Positions 1 to 9,722 of a DNA stretch of 32,000 nt are shown here, one piece after another (the first letter of the stretch is position 1; the number at the start of each line of letters is the position of its first letter). A model generated the notes under the pieces. It ran no database searches. It was not told the DNA's origin and worked only from the letters and a program-made list of their open reading frames with translations. The DNA lies in assembly GCA_038524995.1 (NCBI GenBank), contig JBCBIE010000022.1:243-32242 (forward strand). The letters are read 5' to 3'. The DNA is from Cyanobacteria bacterium J06621_8 (lineage in GTDB: Bacteria; Cyanobacteriota; Cyanobacteriia; Cyanobacteriales; Xenococcaceae). A program made the position numbers and the translations under genes.

Positions 1-5
1 ATTCT

Positions 6-587
6 ATGACTGCACTAATATTGAATCTTTCTTCTCTGGTTGACAGAATTAGCGATCGCGAACTAGAGCTTCTGTCTCGCGATAATCCTGGTACTCGATT
101 GGAAACTGATTGTCATGGTCATTTAATTTCTATGTCTGTTACTGGTAGTGAAACTAGCGAACGTAATTCCGATCTTTTGATTCAAATTGGAATTTGGAAT
201 AAACAAAGCAAGCTCGGCAAAGTATTTGATTCTTCTGGTGGTTTCAAGCTGTCTAATGGTGCTGTACGCTCTCCTGATGTTAGCTGGGTTAGAATTGATA
301 CTTGGAATAGTTTGAGTAAGGAATTGAGAAAAAAATATGCACCTATCGATCCCGATTTTGTTCTCGAACTTATGAGTCCGACTGACAGTCTTGATGAAGT
401 ACAAAACAAAATGACTGAATACATGGAATGTGGGGTCAGATTAGGTTGGTTGATTAATCCTGATGATAAACAAGTAGAAATCTATCGTCAGGGAAAAAAT
501 ACAGACATCTTAGATAATCCGCAAACACTATTGGGAGAAGATATTATGTCTAATTTAATTGTGAACTTGTCAGAAATTTTTGCTTAA
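6..587 (+). CDS. Uma2-family (DUF820) putative restriction-endonuclease-like protein
   Basis: 193-aa ORF of typical Uma2 length and layout. It is a paralog by family of the two Uma2 copies at 14352-14855 and 18014-18619. A HIP1 site lies inside the gene. Confidence 0.75.
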   Translation: MTALILNLSSLVDRISDRELELLSRDNPGTRLETDCHGHLISMSVTGSETSERNSDLLIQIGIWNKQSKLGKVFDSSGGFKLSNGAVRSPDVSWVRIDTWNSLSKELRKKYAPIDPDFVLELMSPTDSLDEVQNKMTEYMECGVRLGWLINPDDKQVEIYRQGKNTDILDNPQTLLGEDIMSNLIVNLSEIFA

Positions 588-853
588 CAAAGGCGATCGC
601 ATTCATGATTTGAATATACTGACGATCTTCTCTATTGTACTTGTAATTATATGCGCGGTCTCCCAATGTGACCGCCAATATTAAATGGTGGTTACTACCA
701 TGGCGTACATGGTGGCTGTTTATAGGTTTACCAGTAGGTGAGGAAAGAGAATAAGCAATCTCCTTCCAGTTTTAGTTGGTTTTATAACTCAAACTTATAT
801 AAGTTGTGGTTTTGCTTTTTCTCCGATTTTCTTGATTTGCTTTCTTGAAGGCA

Positions 854-3800
854 TCATTGACAAAGCTGTTGCTCACTTTCCTTAACGTTGGGATTAGTAG
901 CTAAATAATCAGACAGGCGATCGCATCCTTTCTCGATCAAATTATCTAAATCTAAATTCCAAGAGAATAAACCCTGCTGTTCTTCCCCGCTAATAATCGA
1001 TTGATTATTACTGCTAAATGCCAAGGTGTTGATTTGACTGGTGTGTCCCCGTAAATTTTTAATTAACTCCCCTGTTGGAGTATGCCAAATTTTGATCGTG
1101 CGATCGCCGCTTCCTGTAGCCAACATTGAGCCATCGTTATTAAAGCTAAGGGTAGTTACGCCGTCTTGATGTGCTGTCAAAGTATGCAGTAAATCGCTGC
1201 TTTTACCTGAATTATTAATTGACCACAGCTTAACTGAATTATCCCAACTAGCAGAAGCCAAAATATTGCTATCGGGGGTAAACGCTAGGGTAGTAATTGC
1301 TAAATCATGAGCATCAATTGTTTGTAATAATTGACCCTGAAGATCCCAGATTTTAATTGTATTATCGTAGCTACCTGAAGCAATTAATTTACCATCAGGA
1401 CTGATAGTTATGGTTTTGATACTATCAGTATGTTCTTCAAGGGTAGCAACTACTTGAGGCTGGTTATTAAGATTCCAGACCTTAATCGTTTTATCTTCAC
1501 TAGCAGAAATTAAAGTCTGACCATCGGGAGTAAAAGTAATGCTGTTAACTCCACCATGATGTTTTTGAAGAGTGCTGATTAACTGACCTGACGCCGCATC
1601 CCAAAGCTTAATGGTTTTATCCCAGCTAGCGGTGGCGATCAATTTACCATCAGGACTATATTTAATTTGGGAAATATTATCCTCGTGTGCCTGCCAAGAA
1701 TTAACTACTTTTTGTGTCCCATCAGCATTGGTTTGCCATAGATTAACTTTGCCATGCCAATCAGCAGCAGCATAATTATCGTTGGCACTGGGTGCTACGG
1801 CAATGCTATAGATTCCTGTTGCTTCTTGATAGCGGTTAAAAACTTGCCAAATCCTAGCGGTTTTATCGACTCCCGTGGAGATTAACCGATAGCGATCGCC
1901 CGTATCCTGGGATGGCATAAACTTAAGATCAGTAACTTCTCCCACATGACCATTTAAGGTTTGTTGGAGAATACCGTCCTGATTCCAGATGTGGATCTTG
2001 CCGTCAACGGTGGCAGTGGCTAGTAATTTTTCATCGGTACTCAGGCTAAAATTACTGACTGATTCTGGATGTTCGTAAGACATCAGCACTTGATCAGCGG
2101 AATTTAGCTGAATTAGGCGATCATTATCGGGGGCGATAGCATAAGTGCCCTTTGCATTAGAGAGAGCGTGCTCTGGTGATTTTAATCCAGGATTACTAAT
2201 TTGCTGTTGATTAGCATTAACTTTGATAGCGATAGGATCGCTTTGCGCCTCTTCCTGAGTCAGAGTTTTTAATAAAGTCCCGTCTTGCTGCCAAACTTTT
2301 ACCGTGCCGTCATCACTAGAGGTAGCAAATAGCTGTCCATCGTCACTAATGCTTGCAAGATTAACCCGCTGGCTGTGTCCCTGAAGCCGATTTAATTCCT
2401 GAGTACCATAAAGGGACTGTTGCAGGGTAGCAGTAGCCTGGTATTTAGTTTTGTGCCATAAATCTCCACCGACTAATAATTTACCTAAGCCATTGATTTT
2501 CTCTAGCTGCTTACCTGCGGTAACGCTGGTGGTTAAAGACTCTAGCTGCTGATTGGATAATAGCTGGGCTTCAGAGACGGCGGATAAATTGGCAATATTT
2601 TCCACTTTAGTGATTACCTGCTGACGGTATGCCCCGACGCCAAATGCCGTAGCCGCCAGTCCCAACACCCCTAAAGCAGTGGCAGTTAATTGAGCTTTCC
2701 TTAGCCGTTGTTTCGCGGCTTTTTCTGCTGCCAGACGAGCATCGATACAGCAGGATACAAACTCCTTGGCAGTATCCGATAGCTCATCGTTATAGTTAGT
2801 AAAGATTTCTTCCGCTTCCCCCAGACGTACTCCCCGTAAAAGAAAGTCATCCTGCTGATCCTGGTGTTGCCAAAGCACTGCCGCCTGTTCAATTTGCCGT
2901 TGCGATCGCAAACGGGAACGATTTTCTTCTAGCCACCAGCGCAGACTTGACCAGTGACGGATTAGAATTTCATGAACTACTTCAACCGTCGCTTCCTGGC
3001 GCATTGCCTCCAGGAATAATTCGTCGTCTTCATCAGGTTCACTGGCGCTGCGACTCTGCCCAATACTATTACCGTTATCGAGGTTAATTACCAACAGCTT
3101 GGCATCGGTCAACACTCGTAATGTTTGGTTAACCAAAGGGGCAGGATATTTCGCGACGATTAAATCAGATTTAGTTACCCGACGACGAGTATCTTCGGTA
3201 CCCTCCCCTAATTGAGTTAAATTAAGGAAAATCCAGCGGGCACAGTCTTGGGATTGAGTATCCAGATTTTCATAGACTGCCTGAGCTTGTCTTTCTAAAG
3301 CCCCCTTAATTCCCCCCAGTTCTTGATAGGCATTGAGGGTTAATTTACCCTGCTGACGACGCTCCCAAAGCTGCTGTAGAGCAAACTGTAACAAGGGCAG
3401 ATCACCAGCAGAACGGTCTAAATCTTGTAATAAGATTTCCACTAACCCAGGTTCAACTGATAATCCCACCTGAACGGCAGGCTTAACAATAGCACTGCGA
3501 TAATCCGCTTCTGTGAGATAGGGCGGCACTAGAACGCTATTTTGCTGGAGAATTCGGGCTAATTCAGGGGTTTCTAAACAAGCAGCGACAAAATCAGCTC
3601 TAATAGTTAGCACCAGCTTAAAGCGATCGCCCGCATATTTTAGAGCACCGAGAATTAACTCCATAAATTCTCGTCGTTCACTTTCCCCAGCTAGGGTAAA
3701 TAGCTCCTCAAACTGGTCAATGACCAAAACCAGCATCTCTTCGGTACGGGTGCGTAACCAGCGGACAAAACCCTCTACTCCTTGATAAAGTAAACCCTCA

Positions 3801-5737
3801 AGCTGTAGCTGTTCCTGCGCCTGTTCTTTCTGACCTTGGTTGCTGGTTAATAATTTAGCCAAAGCCTGGATCGGATTCTTTCCTGGGCGAAAACAGCCCA
3901 ACCACCAGCGATCGCTACCAGGAATCTGCTTTCCCTGCCTCAGCTTGGCTAGTAATCCCGCCTGCACCGCTGAAGATTTACCGCTACCAGAAGCCCCCAC
4001 CACCGCAAGACTGCTTTGATGAGAAAGCTGATTGAGCAACTTTTGCACCAACGCTTCACGACCATAAAAATATGCCGCGCTATCTTCGTTAAATGCCTGC
4101 AACCCCATGTAGGGACAGATTCCCAGATCTAATACGGGTTGCCGACTCTTACTAACGCCATTCCTAATCGTTAGCAGTTCAATCACCCCTTGAGTTCCCG
4201 ATAACCAGACCTGGGGCTTAATTTTACTTCCTGCTAATGCAACCTGTAGCTGGCTGATCCAGGCTGCGATGGGCAATCCTACTTCTGAATGATCATTTTG
4301 TAGGGTTTGTAATACAGTATCGGCAAACTGCTGTGGATTATCCTGAGGGGAACTAGCGGCGATTAAACATTGCCCCCGATCTGTTGCTAGCTGTAAATCT
4401 TCAATCCATTCCCCTAGATTATCTTCCCCAAGGCAGTCTAAAATTACAATCTGTTGATTAGCCTGAGATTGCCGCAAAATTTTTCTCAGCCACGAGCGGG
4501 ATAGATAAATATTGTCCTGCAATAGTAGCCAAGATTCTCCAGTATCACTGGTTTCTAGCTTACCCCTTAGATAAAGTAAAGCTGTACTGATGTTAGTTTC
4601 TGCTGGCTGCGTCTGAAGACAATCGGCGATCGCCTCTTGGACTTTTGACCAAGGCTCATTAGTCTGGGGAAAATATCTTAAATTAAAGTTACCTGCATTT
4701 TGTAGGATCTGACTTAGGGCAAGAGTAGTACTATTGGCTTTAAATCCTCCATCCACTATCAATGCCTGACGGGGACTAGTTTCCAGCTTATCCTCAGCCC
4801 GTTTCCCCAGGATAACTTTACCAAAGCCTTCTACAATTCGCTTGGGAGTCTGGAGAGGGAATTCCGACTGAAGCTTATTTTCTCCCCGACTACTTTTTTG
4901 CTGATTAATCAGGCGGATTTGCTGATTGGTTTTATCAATATAGCGAAGAGTTTGATGATAGACATATTGATAAAGGGCATCCGCCTCAATTACTCCTTGG
5001 GTATCTGCTGCTTCTCCCCTCAAGCCCCGCATCAGGTAATAGGTGAATACTCCATGTCCCAATTCAGGAAATTCCCACGACTGCTGAGTTTGATCGCAGG
5101 ATAACAGAGCATAAAAACCCTTACTTTCCGCCGCCTGATGCCGCAATACTTCCACCAGTTGCGAACTAGGATCTGCCAGGGAATTCCCCGTCCCCCGTAA
5201 AGTCATCCCGCCGCTATGGCAGGCATCTAGCCAAACAAGCTGTTGACTAGCCGCACAGTTACTTAACTGTGCCAACAAATTATTTAAAGGTAGTCCTGTA
5301 GCGATTAAATCTTCCGTTTGGGTATCCGCCAAACACAATACTACCTGTTGCGTCTTAGTTTCTAAAATCCCGTGTCCTGAAAAGTAAAACAGGATCGTAT
5401 CCTTGACCTTAGCAGAACTCAAAATATGCTGAATACTCTTTTGTACCGCTGCTAATTGGGGGGCAGAATCAACAAAATCATGATGAATAATCACCTCTTT
5501 ATTCTCAAAGCTAGCAGTAGCTTCCGTTAAGGCTTCTCCCAACCCCTGACAATCCACCGCTGAATACTGCAACGACGATAGATGATGGCGATCATGATAC
5601 TGATTGACTCCCACCAGCAAGATCCAAAGTTTGGCAGGTTCAATAGTAGTTTGGGGTTTGGTACGAATTTTAGCGCGGGGACACATCGCTGATGCTAGGT
5701 GGTGGTTAAAGGTCAGTATATCTTTATAGGTTTGCAC
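854..5737 (-). CDS. Multidomain STAND protein: caspase-like C14 peptidase, degenerate second caspase-like domain, P-loop NTPase, hydrophobic segment, about 10 WD40 repeats
   Basis: Caspase His/Cys dyad motifs are FYFSGHG (His codon about 5392-5394) and WLDACHSGG (Cys codon 5220-5222). The pre-P-loop motif CPYMGLQAFNEDSAAYFYGRE is followed by Walker A GASGSGKSS and Walker B VLVIDQFEELF. A hydrophobic stretch LTATALGVLGLAATAFGVGAY lies at about 2625-2690. It is followed by repeated GH..(D/S)G..(A/S)S.D.T(I/V)K(I/L/V)W WD40 units down to the C-terminus. Confidence 0.85.
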   Translation of the reverse strand: MQTYKDILTFNHHLASAMCPRAKIRTKPQTTIEPAKLWILLVGVNQYHDRHHLSSLQYSAVDCQGLGEALTEATASFENKEVIIHHDFVDSAPQLAAVQKSIQHILSSAKVKDTILFYFSGHGILETKTQQVVLCLADTQTEDLIATGLPLNNLLAQLSNCAASQQLVWLDACHSGGMTLRGTGNSLADPSSQLVEVLRHQAAESKGFYALLSCDQTQQSWEFPELGHGVFTYYLMRGLRGEAADTQGVIEADALYQYVYHQTLRYIDKTNQQIRLINQQKSSRGENKLQSEFPLQTPKRIVEGFGKVILGKRAEDKLETSPRQALIVDGGFKANSTTLALSQILQNAGNFNLRYFPQTNEPWSKVQEAIADCLQTQPAETNISTALLYLRGKLETSDTGESWLLLQDNIYLSRSWLRKILRQSQANQQIVILDCLGEDNLGEWIEDLQLATDRGQCLIAASSPQDNPQQFADTVLQTLQNDHSEVGLPIAAWISQLQVALAGSKIKPQVWLSGTQGVIELLTIRNGVSKSRQPVLDLGICPYMGLQAFNEDSAAYFYGREALVQKLLNQLSHQSSLAVVGASGSGKSSAVQAGLLAKLRQGKQIPGSDRWWLGCFRPGKNPIQALAKLLTSNQGQKEQAQEQLQLEGLLYQGVEGFVRWLRTRTEEMLVLVIDQFEELFTLAGESERREFMELILGALKYAGDRFKLVLTIRADFVAACLETPELARILQQNSVLVPPYLTEADYRSAIVKPAVQVGLSVEPGLVEILLQDLDRSAGDLPLLQFALQQLWERRQQGKLTLNAYQELGGIKGALERQAQAVYENLDTQSQDCARWIFLNLTQLGEGTEDTRRRVTKSDLIVAKYPAPLVNQTLRVLTDAKLLVINLDNGNSIGQSRSASEPDEDDELFLEAMRQEATVEVVHEILIRHWSSLRWWLEENRSRLRSQRQIEQAAVLWQHQDQQDDFLLRGVRLGEAEEIFTNYNDELSDTAKEFVSCCIDARLAAEKAAKQRLRKAQLTATALGVLGLAATAFGVGAYRQQVITKVENIANLSAVSEAQLLSNQQLESLTTSVTAGKQLEKINGLGKLLVGGDLWHKTKYQATATLQQSLYGTQELNRLQGHSQRVNLASISDDGQLFATSSDDGTVKVWQQDGTLLKTLTQEEAQSDPIAIKVNANQQQISNPGLKSPEHALSNAKGTYAIAPDNDRLIQLNSADQVLMSYEHPESVSNFSLSTDEKLLATATVDGKIHIWNQDGILQQTLNGHVGEVTDLKFMPSQDTGDRYRLISTGVDKTARIWQVFNRYQEATGIYSIAVAPSANDNYAAADWHGKVNLWQTNADGTQKVVNSWQAHEDNISQIKYSPDGKLIATASWDKTIKLWDAASGQLISTLQKHHGGVNSITFTPDGQTLISASEDKTIKVWNLNNQPQVVATLEEHTDSIKTITISPDGKLIASGSYDNTIKIWDLQGQLLQTIDAHDLAITTLAFTPDSNILASASWDNSVKLWSINNSGKSSDLLHTLTAHQDGVTTLSFNNDGSMLATGSGDRTIKIWHTPTGELIKNLRGHTSQINTLAFSSNNQSIISGEEQQGLFSWNLDLDNLIEKGCDRLSDYLATNPNVKESEQQLCQ

Positions 5738-6185
5738 CCCTAAATTTATGCTAGGTAATTTTTAAGATTTTGCTCCTTCGCTCAAACTTATTAAGTGTTG
5801 CACACGGATTACATTATGGTAGATCTGATAAGCGCTGCCGAGCAAGACCTGATGATCAATAGTATTACTGGGGTAGGGAGTTCTTTAATTAATGCCATCA
5901 CTGTGAATAATGATACGCTGGCGATCGCCGATAGGGTTAATAGTAATGATTGGTAACGCTGATAAAATTCCACTGTAAGTAAGCCTCGATGATGGGTGAT
6001 TGCTTACTTAATTAATAGGTATTAAAAGTGTATTTCATGCAGATTCAATTTTGCTAAGTAAGTCGGTATGAATAAAATTTACTGGTTAAGATTGTTAGTA
6101 GTTAGTAGAAAGATTGAGATGTATCTCATAAACCGAGAGTTGCTATATTCATAGTGAGCATCAATCACAACTATATTAAATTTCC

Positions 6186-8981
6186 ATGTCGGATAAATCT
6201 GGGATCAAGGTTGAAAATCGTCGTTCTCTTCTGCAAAAAGAACTCAAGGTAGATTTTAAATCTCTGTTATTGACTTTGGGCAAAAGTGCCGTCAACATCG
6301 GTTTTTTGCAGTTTGATGATCTGGCTGAGAATGGTGTTGAGCTTCTAGAGTCTTTGGGGTTAGAGACGAAAGCGGAAGAAATTGCTGGTTTATTAATAGT
6401 GCGATCGCTTAAACAGGCTATCATCAATCTTAACGAGGAATATATTGAGTCTTTTCGCCCAGAACAGATAGAAAATATCCCAGCCAGCCTCAAGGATTTT
6501 TCTATCACCTTAAGTGATGCTATCGGTGAGGGTGAGTTAACTATTGATAGTGACTTTTTCGCTCATCCAGAACAGTTAGCCCTTGTCTCGGATATTAAAT
6601 TAGCTTACGGTGATTGGTTACAAGATTTTGTTAACCGCCCTGTTGATGCAGAAAAGGTTAGCAGTAGCTTTCCTGCCTATTTTGTCGAGGCGCTTAATGA
6701 GGAATGGTTAAGCCGCAGCGATGAATATGCGGTATTGAGGGAAACCCTCGATACTCCCTTTACTCAGGCTAATAAGAGACAACAGCAATGGTTACGTTAT
6801 CGAGCATGGCTGCAAAAGCAAATTGAAGAACCCATGTTTGCTGAAGCTTTTAGCTTGAATGAGATTTACGTACCGTTAAGAGCTTATTATGAGCGAAAAA
6901 ATCAGGAAAAAGAAAATGAATCAGTTGACGGAACATTAGATTTACATAGAGAGTATCAAAGAGTAGCGGTAAGACTTGATCAAGCCCTCCAGTCATGGCT
7001 GGATAAAAATAATCGCGATGATGCGATTCGCTTGATCACTGGTAGCCCAGGAAGCGGAAAGTCTTCCTCCTGCAAGATATTTGCCGCCGAACAAGCAAGA
7101 AAAAGAGATATTAATACCTTATTTATTCCTCTGCATAAATTTAGTCATGGGGAGGATTTAGTAAAAGCGATCAATGAATTTGCTCAAACTGACTGTTTTC
7201 TCTCTGGTAATTTAATCGCCAGAGATAACGAAGATTTACGGTTATTAATTATCTTTGATGGCTTGGATGAGCTATCAATGCAGGGCAAAATTGCCGAAAA
7301 TGCCGCTAAAGACTTTGTGGAAGCAGTAAAATTTCTAGTCTCGCAGTTTAATACCCATAAAACTCGACTACAGGTAATTATTAGCGGGCGGGAAGTCGTA
7401 GTACAGGCTAACCGTAACCAACGTCAACTCCATCAGCTACTTTATTTATTACCCTACGTGTTGTCTGATAGTGAATACAACATCAAGAAGTATGTTGATG
7501 AGGCAAATATTCTGAAATCAGATCAACGACAAACCTGGTGGCAAAATTACGGCAGGGCTAAAGGGAAAGAATACGATGGTTTACCGCCAGCGTTAGATCA
7601 AGATAACTTAGTGGAAATCACCACCCAACCCCTGCTTAACTACCTGATTGCCCTGAGTTACGAACGAGAGAAAATAGAGTTTACTGCGGATACTAATCTG
7701 AATGAGATTTATGCGGATTTGTTAGAGGCAGTTTATGACAGAAAGTATGAAAAACATGGTTATTTACCCCTAGAAAATATTGAACTAGAGCAATTTATCG
7801 GGATTTTAGAGGAAATTGCCCTATCTTGCTGGCATGGCAACGGCAGAACTACCACCATCAAGGAAATTAAGTCTCACTGCGACAACAGCGGTTTGGGACA
7901 GGTTTTAAAGGAATTTCAGGCTAGTTTTGAGCAAGATTCTAAAGGCTGCATCACTCGCTTACTTGCCGCATTTTATTTCCGAGAAAGTGGAGGGCTGCGA
8001 GATAGGGATAAAACCTTTGAATTTACCCACAAGAGTTTTCGCGAATATCTTACCGCCAAGCGCATTATTGAGGAAGTCAAAAATATCCATGAAGAGTTAG
8101 CAGCCAGAAGCAAGAACTTCCGCAAGGGGATTAATGAAACCGAGGCTTTAGTTCGCTGGGCTAAACTATGTGGACTTTCGGCGATGGATGAATATCTGTT
8201 TAGTTTTGTTTGGGACGAAATTGAATTGGAATATGCCCAAGATCCTCAATTAATTAAAGACTGGCAAAAAATGCTTTGTCATTTGATTGAGGTGATGTTA
8301 GTCAACGGTATGCCCATGGAGAGTATCGAACCTCGTCCCAATTTCCAGTCGGAAATGTTCCAGTCTCGCAACGCCGAAGAGTCATTACTAGCGGTATTAA
8401 ACGCCTGCGCTAGAATTACTAGGGAAATTTCTCATATTAAATGGCATTCTCCTACAGCTTTTGGTTCTTGGATTGCTCGATTACAGCCACAGAGAGAAGC
8501 ACCGAAAAATACTCTAGCATTTAGCTGTTTAAGCTGGCTGAATCTCGATAATTGTATGCTTGACTTGAGAGATTTTTATGCAGCTAATTTTGAATATAGC
8601 TCTTTAGTCAAATCAGATCTACAGGTAGCAGTTTTATTAAATGCTAATCTTGCGCGGGCTAATCTTGCGCGGGCTAATCTTGCAGGGGCTCGTCTTGCGC
8701 GGGCTAATCTTGTAGGGGCTCATCTTGCAGGGGCTCATCTTGCGCGGGCTCATCTTGCAGGGGCTCATCTTGCAGGGGCTCATCTTGAGGCGGTTGATCT
8801 TGCGCGGGCTGATCTTGAGGGGGCTAATCTTGAGGGAGCTAATCTTGAGGGGGCTAATCTTCAGAGAGCTAATCTTAATGGGGCTATTCTTCAAGGAGCT
8901 AATCTTAATGGGGCTATTCTTAAGAATACAATTCTAGAAGGTCAAGATATTGCTAAAATCACTGGCGTTAAAAATGAATAA
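6186..8981 (+). CDS. NACHT-type STAND NTPase with C-terminal pentapeptide-repeat domain and an unassigned N-terminal module
   Basis: Walker A is ITGSPGSGKSS and the NACHT-style Walker B is LLIIFDGLDEL. The C-terminus is a run of A(N/H/D)L(A/E)(R/G) pentapeptides (ANLARANLARANLAGARLARANLVGAHLAGAHL...). ATG start at 6186. Confidence 0.85.
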   Translation: MSDKSGIKVENRRSLLQKELKVDFKSLLLTLGKSAVNIGFLQFDDLAENGVELLESLGLETKAEEIAGLLIVRSLKQAIINLNEEYIESFRPEQIENIPASLKDFSITLSDAIGEGELTIDSDFFAHPEQLALVSDIKLAYGDWLQDFVNRPVDAEKVSSSFPAYFVEALNEEWLSRSDEYAVLRETLDTPFTQANKRQQQWLRYRAWLQKQIEEPMFAEAFSLNEIYVPLRAYYERKNQEKENESVDGTLDLHREYQRVAVRLDQALQSWLDKNNRDDAIRLITGSPGSGKSSSCKIFAAEQARKRDINTLFIPLHKFSHGEDLVKAINEFAQTDCFLSGNLIARDNEDLRLLIIFDGLDELSMQGKIAENAAKDFVEAVKFLVSQFNTHKTRLQVIISGREVVVQANRNQRQLHQLLYLLPYVLSDSEYNIKKYVDEANILKSDQRQTWWQNYGRAKGKEYDGLPPALDQDNLVEITTQPLLNYLIALSYEREKIEFTADTNLNEIYADLLEAVYDRKYEKHGYLPLENIELEQFIGILEEIALSCWHGNGRTTTIKEIKSHCDNSGLGQVLKEFQASFEQDSKGCITRLLAAFYFRESGGLRDRDKTFEFTHKSFREYLTAKRIIEEVKNIHEELAARSKNFRKGINETEALVRWAKLCGLSAMDEYLFSFVWDEIELEYAQDPQLIKDWQKMLCHLIEVMLVNGMPMESIEPRPNFQSEMFQSRNAEESLLAVLNACARITREISHIKWHSPTAFGSWIARLQPQREAPKNTLAFSCLSWLNLDNCMLDLRDFYAANFEYSSLVKSDLQVAVLLNANLARANLARANLAGARLARANLVGAHLAGAHLARAHLAGAHLAGAHLEAVDLARADLEGANLEGANLEGANLQRANLNGAILQGANLNGAILKNTILEGQDIAKITGVKNE
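8643..8927 (+). repeat. In-frame tandem repeat, 19 units of 15 bp (consensus GCTAATCTTGCGCGG), encoding the pentapeptide-repeat domain
   Basis: Read directly. Units start at 8643, 8658, 8673 and so on to 8913. Several neighbouring units are identical or differ by 1-3 nt, including at third codon positions. Confidence 0.9.
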
Positions 8982-9295
8982 TAAATAATTATTTAGCCTT
9001 TTAAATTATCTCAGTAAAGCGCATTTTCTTTGATGTTGCGATTCCACTTATGGTTTATGCGATGCTCGCATTTATGGTTTAAATAAAGGCATTACCTAGC
9101 TATAGATCTATGATAATTAACCTTGGGAAATTATTAGAATCTAAAAAAACTAATGGCTATTGGTGACAAGTTCAGAAACTTACCCATTAGTCAACTACTA
9201 TACATAGCATCGTATTTATTACGTCTGATGTGAATTAAAAATGTCTAAATATTTATGTTTGTTCTATCTACAATTCATCTTTAGAATCAGACCTT

Positions 9296-9460
9296 AAGAC
9301 TGGGGGAACTTTTCCCCATTCGAGGACAAGCCCCCAGACCCCCCCTCGCGCGTTCCCTTGCGCCTGTCGGCGGCGCGGGGTCGCTCGTTTGTTGGGGAAG
9401 TGACGGCTTCCCCATATGCGAAGCGGTATCCTTTAGGAAGCCCCTTCGTAACTAAAGTTA
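9296..9460. repeat. GC-rich mosaic of short dispersed repeat modules in an AT-rich intergenic region
   Basis: Module A termini TCGCGCGTTCCCTTGC (9346-9361) and CGCGGGGTCGCTCGT (9374-9388) recur at 19611-19626 and 19762-19776. Module B (CATATGCGAAGCGGTATCCTTTAGGAAG, about 9412-9440) recurs in inverted orientation at about 19709-19758. GGGGAA/TTCCCC hairpins lie at 9301-9318 and 9392-9413. Confidence 0.7.
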
Positions 9461-9722
9461 AGCCATAGATTAATCCTTCTATTTAAAGCTGACTTATGCG
9501 GCATTAGCAACATGAAGCTATTGCTTCGCGCTGTGGTAGTTGGTTATGGGATTTGTTTTATCTGCTAGTCTTTATTGAAAATAACAAATTTAATTCACAT
9601 TAAGCGTTTATTTTATAACTCTATATGTAGAAGAAATTAAAGATGACATGGCGATCGCATTATCAATTGGAAAGTTGGCTATAAATATTTTAAAAGCTAA
9701 AGGCTAATGGCTAATAGCTTTC

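Noticed and set aside
5816-5956. 46-aa plus-strand ORF (MVDLISAAEQDLMINSITGVGSSLINAITVNNDTLAIADRVNSNDW) in the divergent intergenic region between the two STAND genes.
   Set aside because: No Shine-Dalgarno, no recognisable motif, and a length within chance expectation. It would be worth a look only if ribosome profiling or conservation supports it.
8637-8937. ORFs 8637-8894(-) and 8725-8937(+), which encode KISP/LILRG-type repeats.
   Set aside because: They are alternative-frame readings of the 15-bp tandem repeat inside the NACHT-pentapeptide gene.
9691-9722. GGCTAAT-type short repeats and an AAAGCTA/TAGCTTT inverted repeat downstream of amt, with a similar GCTAA(T/C)GGCTAAT motif at 27361-27395.
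   Set aside because: Short, imperfect, and lacking a U-tract. Not a convincing terminator or repeat family from two instances.
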